64,000 nucleotides of DNA from Candidatus Woesebacteria bacterium RIFCSPLOWO2_01_FULL_44_24b (GCA_001793235.1 MGHM01000014.1:3857-67856); one strand, 5' to 3'; positions 18,104-28,320 are shown, numbered from the stretch's first letter. Notes: generated by a model from the sequence alone, not told the origin. Made by a program: numbers and translations.

Positions 18104-19252
18104 CGGCCCCCAATCGGAGATCGGCATCACGTTATTTGCAATAAAGGCCAAAGAAAAGAGGTAAACCGGGATTATTATTATGGCCATAATAATTTTGAAC
18201 TCACGCGATGCGAGCTCTTTGGAAAAAGCTACGAAAATAAATGGCAATATTGGCAGAGCATAGCGTACAATGTCACGGTGCGAAACAAAAAATACACTTA
18301 CAATAAATATACCCGTAAACCAGGCAAGAACTGTCTGTTTTTTCTTTATGAGTTTAAGTAAGCCGAATAAGCACAACACATAAACAAAGATTATTTCTTC
18401 CAGCCAGTGTGTATTCACCCATGGTTGGGAGTAGTTAAAAATCTGAAATGGCGGAAATAACAGGTGAATATTGTCCCCTGAGTTAAAATAGGCTAAGAAG
18501 TTACCGAATTTTAGGTAATAAAAATAAAAAAGACTCAACAACGAGAGCGGAATCAGGATAATCGGGTAAGCTTTATATTCTATACTTTTCACCCATTTCA
18601 CGAAATTATGATTAGTGGCTAAACCGGCTAATTTTGGAATAATTAATGCTCCAATATATGCAATAAATAACAGTATTCCGGGAGATTTTGTTAGCTGCGC
18701 GACTACTCCCCATATTGCAGCCAGCCAGAATTGCTTTTTGCCGAAATGGTAGACCGAAGCAAGTATTGCGCCAACAAACAATGGTTCCGGGGAACCAACC
18801 GTACGCACTATGAGCCAACGAGCGGGGAATATAGAGAACACTGCCACAAGCCACAATGCGTCCTTTTTTGAAACATACCGCTTAATAAACATATAGAAGT
18901 AATAAATTGTGATGGTTGAGCCCGCTAGAGTGGCCAATAACATGCCCCAGGGGTACCCCACAAGAGAAGCAAAAAGCCTGATAATCATGGGATAAACTGG
19001 AAAATGGGCTGCGTAGTACTCTAAAGGGAGTGAGAAAGAAAAGTTTTCTGCGATGTAGGGGAGATTATATAGGCTTTTAGCGACTGCAATATAGAGTGGC
19101 CCGTCGTAGTTAGCGGCTATTATCTGCATACCCCCTTCAGGAATTTGGACACCAAGTACTTCCGGAGTTCTGGAGAAAAATGGGAACCACAGACAAACTA
19201 CAGGCACAACAGCCAGCGCTATCAAGTAGATTGCGAGCTTAAAGGTCTTCAT
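18095..19252 (-). CDS. polytopic membrane protein, possible GT-C-type glycosyltransferase
   Basis: 385 aa with about 11 TM helices. Divergently arranged 22 nt from the GT2 gene at 19275. Family is uncertain. Confidence 0.45.
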   Translation of the reverse strand: MKTFKLAIYLIALAVVPVVCLWFPFFSRTPEVLGVQIPEGGMQIIAANYDGPLYIAVAKSLYNLPYIAENFSFSLPLEYYAAHFPVYPMIIRLFASLVGYPWGMLLATLAGSTITIYYFYMFIKRYVSKKDALWLVAVFSIFPARWLIVRTVGSPEPLFVGAILASVYHFGKKQFWLAAIWGVVAQLTKSPGILLFIAYIGALIIPKLAGLATNHNFVKWVKSIEYKAYPIILIPLSLLSLFYFYYLKFGNFLAYFNSGDNIHLLFPPFQIFNYSQPWVNTHWLEEIIFVYVLCLFGLLKLIKKKQTVLAWFTGIFIVSVFFVSHRDIVRYALPILPFIFVAFSKELASREFKIIMAIIIIPVYLFSLAFIANNVMPISDWGPLL

Positions 19253-19274
19253 TTATGATAACATTGGTCAATAT

Positions 19275-19976
19275 ATGGTGCTCACGAGTTTATCCGTATT
19301 TTTTCCAGCTTACAACGAGGAAGGCCGTATTGCAATGACCGTGGAGCATGCACTCAAAACTATCCCGAGAATTGCCAAAAAATGGGAAGTACTTTTAATT
19401 GATGATGGTTCATCCGACAGTACGGGCAAAATAATTGACAAACTTGCAAAAAACAAGAACGTACGGGCCATTCATCACATGATCAATAGAGGATATGGGG
19501 GTGCCTTTAAAAGCGGACTCTACGGCGCAAAGTATAGCTGGATAGCTTTTACAGATTCTGATGGGCAATTTGATTTTTCTGAAATTAAGAATTTCATAAA
19601 AAAACAAAAGGAGTCCAACGCCGACATAGTAATTGGGTACTACAAAAAACGTCAGGTCGGTAAAGTCAAAATAATCACCTCCAAAATGTGGGAATACCTG
19701 GTTTTTATACTGTTTGGCCTTAAAGTTCGGGATATTGATTGTGGTTTTAAGTTGATTTCTAAAAAAGTTGTTGACGGGATTCCTGACCTGGAAAGTGAGC
19801 GGGGGGCTTTTATTTCAAGCGAGTTTCTGATAAAGGCAAAAAAGAAAGGTTTTAAAATTGTAGAGATCCCGGTTACTCATTACCCGAGAGAAGTCGGAGT
19901 TGGAACCGGGCGCAACCTCAAGGTAATTGTTGGCAGTTTTAAAGATTTATTCAGACTTTGGGTAAAGTTACAGTAG
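19275..19976 (+). CDS. GT2 polyprenyl-phosphate hexose synthase (DPM1/GtrB/ArnC-like)
   Basis: VFFPAYNEEGRIAMTV...WEVLLIDDGSSDSTGKII...IHHMINRGYGGAFKSG...AFTDSDGQFD (DXD). About 230 aa with no TM domain. Confidence 0.8.
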   Translation: MVLTSLSVFFPAYNEEGRIAMTVEHALKTIPRIAKKWEVLLIDDGSSDSTGKIIDKLAKNKNVRAIHHMINRGYGGAFKSGLYGAKYSWIAFTDSDGQFDFSEIKNFIKKQKESNADIVIGYYKKRQVGKVKIITSKMWEYLVFILFGLKVRDIDCGFKLISKKVVDGIPDLESERGAFISSEFLIKAKKKGFKIVEIPVTHYPREVGVGTGRNLKVIVGSFKDLFRLWVKLQ

Positions 19977-19977
19977 C

Positions 19978-21519
19978 ATGCAGAATGTAGTAAGTAGACT
20001 GGGTGAATGGATTAAGAAAAACAAAGTTGAGTTTATAATTCTTACCGTAATTCTCATTTTGGGAGCGTTTTTGCGTCTCTTTAAGATTGACGAATATATG
20101 ACCTTTTTAGGTGATGAAGGCCGGGATGTAATAATCGTTCGGCGCTTCTTGGTTTATGGTGACATATTCTTAATTGGCCCTGGGACTTCAATTGGGAATA
20201 TGTATCTGGGGCCATTGTATTACTATTTGATGGCTCCGGTCTTGTGGCTCGGAAATTTCTCGCCCGTTGCGCCGGCGGCTATGATTGCGCTCCTGGGGGT
20301 GACGACTGTTGCCTTTGTTTGGTATATAGCCCGGGAGTGGTTTGGAAAAAATGCTGCCTTCATCGCTGCTTTACTTTATGCTATTGCCCCAACAGTAATT
20401 ATTTACTCCCGCTCTTCCTGGAACCCAAACATCATGCCGTTTTTCTCGTTGTTGTGCATTTTTGCCATCTGGCGGGTTGTTACAACTAAAAAACTTTTTT
20501 GGCTACCAATTCTTGGCATCTCTTATGCTTTCGTTTTACAGTCCCACTACCTGGGGTTGCTTTTAGCTCCAACTCTCGCCGTTTTTTGGCTGTATGCTTT
20601 CTGGCTATTTAGGAAAGATAAGAAATTAAGAAGCTATATACTATATACAATATTCGCTATACTACTTTTTGCAGGTTTAATGTCCCCGCTTGTGATCTTC
20701 GACTCTCGCCACGACTGGCGCAATTTTGATGCCATTAAGAAGTTTTTTACCGAGCGCCAGGCCACCGTTTCCGCACGACCATGGAACGCTTTTCCGAGCC
20801 TCTGGCCGCTAACGCAGGAAATTTCCGCGCGCCTCCTTGCAGGCAGAAATGAAATTTTAGGTTCGTGGGCGGCTCTTGCGGTTTTGGGTGGGGTCACACT
20901 TGTCATGAAAGAGGCAAGGAAGCTTAACAAGACCACTTTTCTTGCGTTTACACTTCTCATTCTGTGGCTTGCAACCGCTCTGGTCGGTTTAGGACTTTAT
21001 AAACAGGAAATTTATGATCATTATTACGGGTTTTTCTTTGCAGCCCCGTTTATTCTTTTGGGGGGTTTGGCGGGGCATTTGATAAATAAAGCCAAGATTC
21101 GCGGTTGGTGGATAGTGGGTTTTTTCCTAGTGTTTCTCGTTTATTTCAACTTTTTAGATAATCCGCTGAACTACCCACCCAACAGACAACTGGCGCGGAC
21201 CATGGAAGTCGCTCGAAAAATTGAAGTTGAGTCCGCGGGAAATAAATTTAATTTAGCCGTGATTGCTGAGCGAAATTATGAAGATGCTTATCAGTATTTC
21301 CTTGAGGCTTGGGGTACGGGAGTTACCGACATCGACCCGTTGAAATATCAAGAAACTATTACCAAGCAACTTTTCGTAGTTTGCGAGTTGTCCGAGGAGA
21401 AATGCGACCCGACACATAACTCAAAGACAGAAGTTGCGAATTTTGGCTGGAGTGAAATTGCAGAAAAATGGGAGATATCTGGGGTAATATTGTATAAGCT
21501 GGTGCATGTCGAAATCTAA
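19978..21519 (+). CDS. GT-C-type membrane glycosyltransferase-like protein (subfamily 2, GDEGRD motif)
   Basis: At least 11 TM helices. The loop-1 motif FLGDEGRDVIIVRRFLVYGDIFLIGPGTSIGNMYLGPLYYYLMAP is shared with the ORFs at 25483, 42494 and 45721. The C-terminal soluble domain is about 130 aa. It directly follows a DPM1-like GT2 gene. Confidence 0.6.
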   Translation: MQNVVSRLGEWIKKNKVEFIILTVILILGAFLRLFKIDEYMTFLGDEGRDVIIVRRFLVYGDIFLIGPGTSIGNMYLGPLYYYLMAPVLWLGNFSPVAPAAMIALLGVTTVAFVWYIAREWFGKNAAFIAALLYAIAPTVIIYSRSSWNPNIMPFFSLLCIFAIWRVVTTKKLFWLPILGISYAFVLQSHYLGLLLAPTLAVFWLYAFWLFRKDKKLRSYILYTIFAILLFAGLMSPLVIFDSRHDWRNFDAIKKFFTERQATVSARPWNAFPSLWPLTQEISARLLAGRNEILGSWAALAVLGGVTLVMKEARKLNKTTFLAFTLLILWLATALVGLGLYKQEIYDHYYGFFFAAPFILLGGLAGHLINKAKIRGWWIVGFFLVFLVYFNFLDNPLNYPPNRQLARTMEVARKIEVESAGNKFNLAVIAERNYEDAYQYFLEAWGTGVTDIDPLKYQETITKQLFVVCELSEEKCDPTHNSKTEVANFGWSEIAEKWEISGVILYKLVHVEI

Positions 21520-21549
21520 GAACAAAAGTGCTATTATACTCCGAATGTC

Positions 21550-22533
21550 ATGACGTACAAGCAGTCTTTGGAAATACTGGATAAAATCAAGGCGGCCAGG
21601 CGGGTTTTGGTTAATTGCCATCAAAGGCCGGACGTGGACTCTATTAGTAGCGCCCTTTCGATGTGTGTGGCACTCAAACAAATGGGCAAGGAAGTCAAGG
21701 TGATTTGCCCGGATGATAAACTCCCTGAACTAAGCTTTCTCTCCTGCTTTAATGAATTTGAGAAAATTGACTATAACACTTTTGATTTTTCCAAGTACGA
21801 TCTGTTTATGGTTCTCGACTCCGCTTCCCCGGAAGTTGTCACCGGGAGCAAAACCATACCCCTGCCGGAAATCGAGACAGTTGTTATTGACCACCATCAT
21901 ACAAGCATTGAGTTTGGAAAGATCAACTTGATAGATGCTGAGCGCTCTGCCACGACTGAGCTTCTTTATCTTCTTTTTGAGGATTGGAACATTGATATCA
22001 CCAAGGAACTTGCAACATCGCTTTTGACCGGAATTCTTGGGGATACTGGTGCATTCGAGTACCACAACACTACTCCAAGAACTCTCCAGATTGCAGCCGA
22101 CTTAATGAGCCTCGGGGCAGATAAAGATGGGATTCTTCTTAAGATATTCAGGAGCAAACAGATGAACCTTCTTAAGTTTTGGGGCAAGGTGCTTGATAAG
22201 CTTGAGGTTGACGCGAGTGGAAAGTTCACCTGGTGCGCAATTCCTTATAGTGTTTATAGTGCGTTGGGGGAGCCGCAAACCGCTCGCGAGTCCGCAAGTT
22301 CACTATTCAGCCGAATGATTGAAGGAACGGAGTTTGGCATTGTCATGCTTGAAGAGTCACCCGGGGAACTCAGGGCGTCATTTCGTGCCAGAAGCACGGG
22401 CTTTGATGTTTCAAAAATTGCGACAGCACTTGGAGGAGGTGGACATGCCGGTGCCGCAGGAGTAACAGTTATAAACGGCAGCTTTGGTGATTCTGTAAAG
22501 AAGGTTGTCGAAACTGCAAGAAGATTTGTATGA
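21550..22533 (+). CDS. DHH/DHHA1 phosphoesterase (NrnA-like nanoRNase / pAp phosphatase)
   Basis: DHH motifs CHQRPDVDSISS and VIDHHHTS, the GDTGAF motif, and the DHHA1 GGGGHAGAAG motif near the C-terminus. About 325 aa. Confidence 0.8.
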   Translation: MTYKQSLEILDKIKAARRVLVNCHQRPDVDSISSALSMCVALKQMGKEVKVICPDDKLPELSFLSCFNEFEKIDYNTFDFSKYDLFMVLDSASPEVVTGSKTIPLPEIETVVIDHHHTSIEFGKINLIDAERSATTELLYLLFEDWNIDITKELATSLLTGILGDTGAFEYHNTTPRTLQIAADLMSLGADKDGILLKIFRSKQMNLLKFWGKVLDKLEVDASGKFTWCAIPYSVYSALGEPQTARESASSLFSRMIEGTEFGIVMLEESPGELRASFRARSTGFDVSKIATALGGGGHAGAAGVTVINGSFGDSVKKVVETARRFV

Positions 22534-23510
22534 TTTACAAAGAATCCAAAGCCATACTTCAGTCTATTAAACAGGCTAAAAAAATATTAATCACAAGTCA
22601 TAAGGAGCCAGATGAAGATTCGACTGGGTCGATTCTAGCCCTTAATTTGGCGCTTAAGAAGATGGGGATTTCCTCTGGCTTAATTTGCAAAGATAAGGCT
22701 CCAGAGAATTTAGAATTTCTTCCAAATATTAAGAAAATTGAATTGGTTAATTTCAAAACATTTGACTTTTCTCGATATGATTTAATGATAATACTCGATT
22801 CTTCTTCTTGGGGAATGGTGGTGGGTAGCGAGCTGAAGGACAAAAGCCCGAATATCCCAACAATAGTGATTGATCATCACGCTTCGAACCAGGCATATGG
22901 CAAATTGAATCTGATAGATATAAATGCGACTTCGGTATGCGAGATAGTTTATAAAATATTGTTTGACTGGGGTGTAAAACTTGATAAAGACATCGCGGGT
23001 AATTTGTTAGCAGGCATAACTGGTGACACTGGAAGTTTTAGATATCCATTTGTGTCTGCAGAGACATTTGAAATTGCAGCTAAGTTAATGAAAGCCGGTG
23101 CCGATCGCGACAAAATAATTTACAACTTGCTTTTTAGTGTTGAGCTTAAGGAACTGAAGTATTTATCTGAAGTTTTGAAAGAGGCGACAATCGATAAAAA
23201 AAATAAAATTATTTGGGCAGCTATACCATACAGTAAGTATGTAAAGCTCGGCAAACCGGAAGGTTCCGGGTTTGCTGGTGCATTCTTTCAAACTGTAAAA
23301 GGCACTAAGATTGGTGTTTTTATGGTTGAGAAAGAAAAGGATGTTGTTGATGTTAGTTTTCGAGCAAGGGACAAAATTGACGTTTCTAAAATTTCTGTTT
23401 CTCTCGGCGGCGGCGGGCATAAAAAGGCGGCCGGTGTGACTATTAGAAGTATGAAATTTGAGGAAGCAGTGGAGCTGGTTCTTGCAACTGCAAGAAAATA
23501 TGTAAAATAA
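22530..23510 (+). CDS. DHH/DHHA1 phosphoesterase (NrnA-like), paralog 2
   Basis: SHKEPDEDSTGS, VIDHHASN, GDTGSF and GGGGHKKAAG. ATGA overlap with paralog 1. Confidence 0.8.
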   Translation: MIYKESKAILQSIKQAKKILITSHKEPDEDSTGSILALNLALKKMGISSGLICKDKAPENLEFLPNIKKIELVNFKTFDFSRYDLMIILDSSSWGMVVGSELKDKSPNIPTIVIDHHASNQAYGKLNLIDINATSVCEIVYKILFDWGVKLDKDIAGNLLAGITGDTGSFRYPFVSAETFEIAAKLMKAGADRDKIIYNLLFSVELKELKYLSEVLKEATIDKKNKIIWAAIPYSKYVKLGKPEGSGFAGAFFQTVKGTKIGVFMVEKEKDVVDVSFRARDKIDVSKISVSLGGGGHKKAAGVTIRSMKFEEAVELVLATARKYVK

Positions 23511-23527
23511 GCGATATAATTGTTCTA

Positions 23528-23923
23528 ATGAAGAGCAACAGGCTAACAGCGCAAATAATTAAGCCAATTGCGGAAGTTTTTGCTTTTACAATTGAGCCCA
23601 AGAATGCTTCAAGATGGATGCCCGATGTAGTAGCCGGGGATAGAAGCGACTGGCAGCTTAAAGCCGGGAGCACGTATAGGTTGCAATATAAAAACGGTGA
23701 GTGGAAAGATTTTGATGTAGTTGATTCAGATCTAAATAAGATCTTTGAACTCCAGTCACGGGATGGGAATTACCATATACGTTACTCCTTCAAACCAATA
23801 AATAGTTTTAAGACAGATATGGAATTTTTTGAGTGGGTTGATGATGGTGACATCGAGGTTCCCTTGACTAACCAAATCCTTACCAAGTTAAGGATGGCAA
23901 TAGAGCTCAAGAATATAAAATGA
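23528..23923 (+). CDS. hypothetical small protein (possibly SRPBCC/Bet v1-like fold)
   Basis: 131 aa with no TM segment. The alternating beta-like pattern and size suggest an SRPBCC fold. Weak. Confidence 0.3.
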   Translation: MKSNRLTAQIIKPIAEVFAFTIEPKNASRWMPDVVAGDRSDWQLKAGSTYRLQYKNGEWKDFDVVDSDLNKIFELQSRDGNYHIRYSFKPINSFKTDMEFFEWVDDGDIEVPLTNQILTKLRMAIELKNIK

Positions 23924-24555
23924 TAAATCCAAATTTTGTTATCGTTGGAGTAATTCTTCAGGTTGTCGGGAGCTATTCATATTTAGTTGACACCTTAAAG
24001 GGTAAAGTAAAACCCAATCGAGTATCCTGGCTTTTATGGTCTATTGCTCCATTGGTTGCCTTCGCCGCCGAGATTTCCCGAGGGGTTGGAATTCAGTCCT
24101 TAACAACATTCGTGGTAGGTTTTGTTCCGTTAATAATTTTTATCGCTTCGTTTGTTAACAAAAAATCTGAATGGCAACTGACACGTTTTGATATTATTTG
24201 TGGAGCACTGTCAACCCTAGGTATAATCCTTTGGTTTATTACAAAAGACGCGAACATTGCGATCTTGTTTGCGGTATTGGCAGATGGCTTGGCAGCCCTT
24301 CCGACAATAGTTAAGTCCTATGAGTACCCTGAATCTGAAAATTCAACCATATTTTTGTTTGGTGCAGTAAATGCGGCAATTGGCTTACTTGCAATCCAAA
24401 TTTGGAACTTTGAGCATTTCGCGTTCCCCTTATATCTTTTGGTAGTTAATTCTGTTCTTGTTCTTTTAATTAAGTATAAATTCGGCAAATCTAAGTTTCT
24501 TCTACCATTAGATTCATATATTAGAGAGATTTACGGGAAAAGAAATAGAATTTAA
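23920..24555 (+). CDS. integral membrane protein (5-6 TM)
   Basis: 211 aa and mostly hydrophobic helices. ATGA overlap with the upstream ORF. No motif. Confidence 0.4.
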   Translation: MINPNFVIVGVILQVVGSYSYLVDTLKGKVKPNRVSWLLWSIAPLVAFAAEISRGVGIQSLTTFVVGFVPLIIFIASFVNKKSEWQLTRFDIICGALSTLGIILWFITKDANIAILFAVLADGLAALPTIVKSYEYPESENSTIFLFGAVNAAIGLLAIQIWNFEHFAFPLYLLVVNSVLVLLIKYKFGKSKFLLPLDSYIREIYGKRNRI

Positions 24556-24560
24556 CTATA

Positions 24561-25553
24561 GTGAATTATCCAGAATCCCAGGCCATAAAGCAAAAGATTG
24601 ATTCCTCACAAAAAATCTTAGTGAATATGCACCACAATTCGGATGCGGACTCTGTGGGAAGTGCTGTTGCTATGGCGAGGGTACTTAAATATTTTAAGAA
24701 AGATGTAAAGATAATTGCTCCAACTGAAATCCCCAAGAATTTAGAGTTCTTGTTGACGGAACAAGCGGTCAATGTAGTTAATTTTAGTGAGTTTGATTTT
24801 TCTATTTATGATTTATTTATAACACTTGATTCTTCAAGCTTTAGTCGCGTTGCCGGCTCACACAGCGTAAAACAGCCCGAACTTTCACTGATAAATATTG
24901 ATCATCATGTGAGTAACCAAAAGTTTGGGGAAATAAACTTGGTTGTTCCTGATGCCGCCGCCAACTGCGAGGTTTTATTTTATTTATTTAAAGATTGGGG
25001 AGTGGAAATAAAAGACGCCGAGGAGGCTTTGCTTACCGGAATTATAGGAGACACAGGAGCTTTTCGCTTTCCTGAGGCTGGTGGGTCCACTTTTGAAGCC
25101 GCAAGTCAGCTTATGAAGTTTGCTGATAAAAATAAAATTATATTCAATTTATATCAGTCTTTTGAGGAAAATCATGTTATGGTTTGGAAGGGGATTCTTG
25201 ATAACTTAAAAATTGACCACGAGCACCGGTTTGTTTATTCATTTGTTCGAAAGGAAGTTTTGGAGAAATATGGCAAGCCCTTTAACGCCAAAAGCGAGCT
25301 TGCAGATATGATTTTCCAGTCAATTGAAGGTACTGACTTTGGCTTGGTCGGAGCCGAAGATGAAGGTTATATTTCGGTAAGTTTTAGAAGCAGGACAGGC
25401 GTGGACGTGAGCCGTCTTGCAGGAATGCTGGGTGGCGGCGGGCACGCGTGGGCAGCGGCAGCGAGGGTAGATGTAGTAAACTATGATAATGCGGTTGAGC
25501 AAATACTTGGAGAAGCTAGGGAGTTCGCTAAGGGCGGAAGTACTAAGCCATAA
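24561..25553 (+). CDS. DHH/DHHA1 phosphoesterase (NrnA-like), paralog 3
   Basis: MHHNSDADSVGS, NIDHHVSN, GDTGAF and GGGGHAWAAAA. Confidence 0.8.
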   Translation: MNYPESQAIKQKIDSSQKILVNMHHNSDADSVGSAVAMARVLKYFKKDVKIIAPTEIPKNLEFLLTEQAVNVVNFSEFDFSIYDLFITLDSSSFSRVAGSHSVKQPELSLINIDHHVSNQKFGEINLVVPDAAANCEVLFYLFKDWGVEIKDAEEALLTGIIGDTGAFRFPEAGGSTFEAASQLMKFADKNKIIFNLYQSFEENHVMVWKGILDNLKIDHEHRFVYSFVRKEVLEKYGKPFNAKSELADMIFQSIEGTDFGLVGAEDEGYISVSFRSRTGVDVSRLAGMLGGGGHAWAAAARVDVVNYDNAVEQILGEAREFAKGGSTKP

Positions 25554-27012
25554 ATTCGTATATCTTCTTCTTGGAGTAATTTTAGTTTTAGCCTTATTTA
25601 TCAGAGTTTATAACACTGGCAAAATTCTTGGTTTTTACTACGATCAAGGCCGAGACGCTTTGGAAATATGGGAACTGCTTCATAAAGGTGACGTTTTCCT
25701 CATTGGCCCGACAACCGGTATTGCCGGCATTTTTAGGGGGCCATATTATTACTACTTGATTGCGCCTCTATATTTACTCGGTGGGGGGGACCCGGTGCTT
25801 CCCGCAAATTTTCTCGCGTTTACTACTGTAATTGCCATCGCGTTAATTTATTATCTTGGCTTTAAGTTAAAAGACAGAACAACGGGGTTGTTTGCGGCTG
25901 CTATCGCCTCGTTTTCGTTTTATATAATGCTTGCATCCCGATGGCTGAGTAACCCCACGCCCATGCTATTACTCAGCATGTTGCTTCTTTGGGCACTTTT
26001 TGCAGTCAGTGAAGGAAAGAAATATGCTTGGATAGCGGTGTCGTTGCTGGCCGGGCTCTCCCTTTTCCACTTTGGCAGCTCCGGCGAGTTCTTCTATTTT
26101 CCAGCTATAGCTCTTTTTGCCGTTTGGCAAAAGAAACATTTTCCAAATGGGAAAATCATATTTTATTCAATAGTTGCCTTTGGCTTTACCGCAGCGCCTC
26201 TAATTTTATTCGATTTTAAGAATGACCATTTATTGTCAAGAAATATTTACTCATTTATCTTTGAAAAAGAAAGTTTTAAGACTAGTTTCATGCAAGTTCT
26301 GAGTGATCGCATTGACTTTTATCAATCAGTCTTTTGGGGTAGGTTATTTCCGGGTACAAGCAGATTAATTACTTTTAGTCTATTGACTGTAGGAGTTGGC
26401 TTTTTCTTGTATCTGCCTGATTTACTCAAAAATACGAAAGCTAAAATTCTAATGCTTATGTTGTTGTCCCCGATTGTAGGACTTTTGTTTTTCCAAGGAA
26501 ATGAAGGCAATATTTATGACTACTACATGACCGGATACTATTTGATATTTATATTACTTTTTGCGGTGATATTGGGTCATCTGTGGGGGAGTGTTGCAGG
26601 CAAGATCGTGGTTTTTATATTCTTTTATGCTTTCTTTACCATGAACCTGCCGATTGTGAAGGCTAAAATTACCGACAATGCAGATGGGCCAAATACAATT
26701 CTGTTTAGAAATCAGAAGCAGGCAATTGAATGGGTGTATGGGGACGCGAAGGAAGAGTTTAATGTTGACGTTTATGTGCCGCCAGTCATTCCATATGCAT
26801 ATGATTATTTGTTCACTTGGTATGAAGGCAAACCCGAGTATTCGGGCAAAGTGAGCGACAATCGCGAATTGTTGTATACACTTTACGAGGAGGACCCGCC
26901 TCATCCGGAGAGACTGGAAGCCTGGCTTGCCCGCCAGAAGGGCATAGCCGAGGTGGAATATGCCCAAAAGTTTGGGGGTATTACAGTGGAGAGGAGAAAG
27001 AGGGTAAAATAG
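25483..27012 (+). CDS. GT-C-type membrane glycosyltransferase-like protein (subfamily 2)
   Basis: YYDQGRDALEIWELLHKGDVFLIGPTTGIAGIFRGPYYYYLIAP is a paralog of the 19978 motif. More than 10 TM helices. The start is uncertain: the ATG at 25483 overlaps the upstream gene by 71 nt. Confidence 0.55.
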   Translation: MIMRLSKYLEKLGSSLRAEVLSHKFVYLLLGVILVLALFIRVYNTGKILGFYYDQGRDALEIWELLHKGDVFLIGPTTGIAGIFRGPYYYYLIAPLYLLGGGDPVLPANFLAFTTVIAIALIYYLGFKLKDRTTGLFAAAIASFSFYIMLASRWLSNPTPMLLLSMLLLWALFAVSEGKKYAWIAVSLLAGLSLFHFGSSGEFFYFPAIALFAVWQKKHFPNGKIIFYSIVAFGFTAAPLILFDFKNDHLLSRNIYSFIFEKESFKTSFMQVLSDRIDFYQSVFWGRLFPGTSRLITFSLLTVGVGFFLYLPDLLKNTKAKILMLMLLSPIVGLLFFQGNEGNIYDYYMTGYYLIFILLFAVILGHLWGSVAGKIVVFIFFYAFFTMNLPIVKAKITDNADGPNTILFRNQKQAIEWVYGDAKEEFNVDVYVPPVIPYAYDYLFTWYEGKPEYSGKVSDNRELLYTLYEEDPPHPERLEAWLARQKGIAEVEYAQKFGGITVERRKRVK

Positions 27013-27015
27013 GGC

Positions 27016-27597
27016 ATGGCGAAGATTACAAGGCCTGCTCCCAAAAGAGCGATTCCACTTGAGGCGAAGCTAGTGTTTAAAGGCATTATTTATGAAGTTT
27101 ACCACTGGGAACAAGAGCTCTTTGATGGCACGAAGACCACTTTTGAAATGCTCAAACGCCCGGATACGGTTGAGATAATACCAATTACAAATGAAGGCAA
27201 AATCTTGATAAATTATGAGGAGCAGTCTGGCCTTGCACCGTTTATTTGTGTTCCTGGTGGGCGAGTGGATTATGGCGAAGACCCTGAGGCTGCAGCTAAA
27301 AGGGAGTTGTTGGAGGAGACCGGTTATGAAACCCATGACTTAGTATTGTGGAATGCAGCTCAACCCATGGAAAAGATTGATTGGGCGATATATATTTTTA
27401 TAGGTAAAAATTGCACAAAAGTTAATGATCCGACGTTGGAAGCGGGGGAGAAAATAGGAACGAAAGAAGTAAGTTTTGAAGAATTTGTGGAAATAGTACA
27501 GGATGATAATTTTCGAGACGAAGAAATATCACTAAGGATTTTGAAAGCGAAAGATAAGGGTAAACTAGATGAAATTAAAAGACTGTTTTTTGGTTAA
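27016..27597 (+). CDS. NUDIX hydrolase
   Basis: Nudix box GGRVDYGEDPEAAAKRELLEETGYE (Gx5Ex7REUxEExGU). Confidence 0.8.
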   Translation: MAKITRPAPKRAIPLEAKLVFKGIIYEVYHWEQELFDGTKTTFEMLKRPDTVEIIPITNEGKILINYEEQSGLAPFICVPGGRVDYGEDPEAAAKRELLEETGYETHDLVLWNAAQPMEKIDWAIYIFIGKNCTKVNDPTLEAGEKIGTKEVSFEEFVEIVQDDNFRDEEISLRILKAKDKGKLDEIKRLFFG

Positions 27598-28320
27598 ATG
27601 AGAAATCCATATCTGTCTATTATAATCCCGGCGCATAATGAGGAGCGGAGGCTCCCTAAGGCTTTTCTTGCAATTGACGATTTTTTGAAAGGGCAGAAAT
27701 ATGCGGCGGAGGTTATAGTTGTAGAAAACGGCAGTCATGATGCTACCTCACAGGTAACTAGAAAGTTTGCCAAAAAATACAAATATATAAAACTTATTGA
27801 GGTTAGCACGCGTGGCAAAGGGCTTGCCGTAAAAGCCGGCATGCTTGCGGCAAAAGGGGAGTATAGGTTTATTTGCGATGCGGATTTATCGATGCCCATA
27901 GAAGAATTGCCTAAGTTTTTGCCTCCGGAGACAAAAGGTGTGGATGTTGCGATTGGAGTGAGGGAGGGGAAAGGGGCAAATAGAGTCGGCGAGCCCTTCA
28001 AGCGGCACCTAGTGGGTAGAGCTTTTAATTTGATTATTAAGCTGACTATTTTGCCAAGTTTTGAAGACACCCAATGCGGGTTTAAGATGTTTACAGCTGG
28101 TGCCGCAAAAGAGCTCTTTAGCATTCAGAAGTTGTCCGGAATTGGTTTTGATATAGAGCTTTTATATTTGGCTCGCAAGAAAAAATTAAAAGTAAAAGAA
28201 GTGCCAATCACTTGGTATTTTGATGCAGACAGCAGGATGAGGCTTATACAGGATTCCCTTAAAGCGCTTCTTGAAATCTGGCAAATCAGAAAAGCCTGGT
28301 GGACTGGGGGGTACAAGTGA
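27598..28320 (+). CDS. GT2 polyprenyl-phosphate hexose synthase (DPM1/GtrB-like)
   Basis: LSIIIPAHNEERRLPKAF...EVIVVENGSHDATSQV...FICDADLSMP...FEDTQCGFKMF. About 240 aa, soluble. TAAATG junction with the NUDIX gene. Confidence 0.8.
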   Translation: MRNPYLSIIIPAHNEERRLPKAFLAIDDFLKGQKYAAEVIVVENGSHDATSQVTRKFAKKYKYIKLIEVSTRGKGLAVKAGMLAAKGEYRFICDADLSMPIEELPKFLPPETKGVDVAIGVREGKGANRVGEPFKRHLVGRAFNLIIKLTILPSFEDTQCGFKMFTAGAAKELFSIQKLSGIGFDIELLYLARKKKLKVKEVPITWYFDADSRMRLIQDSLKALLEIWQIRKAWWTGGYK

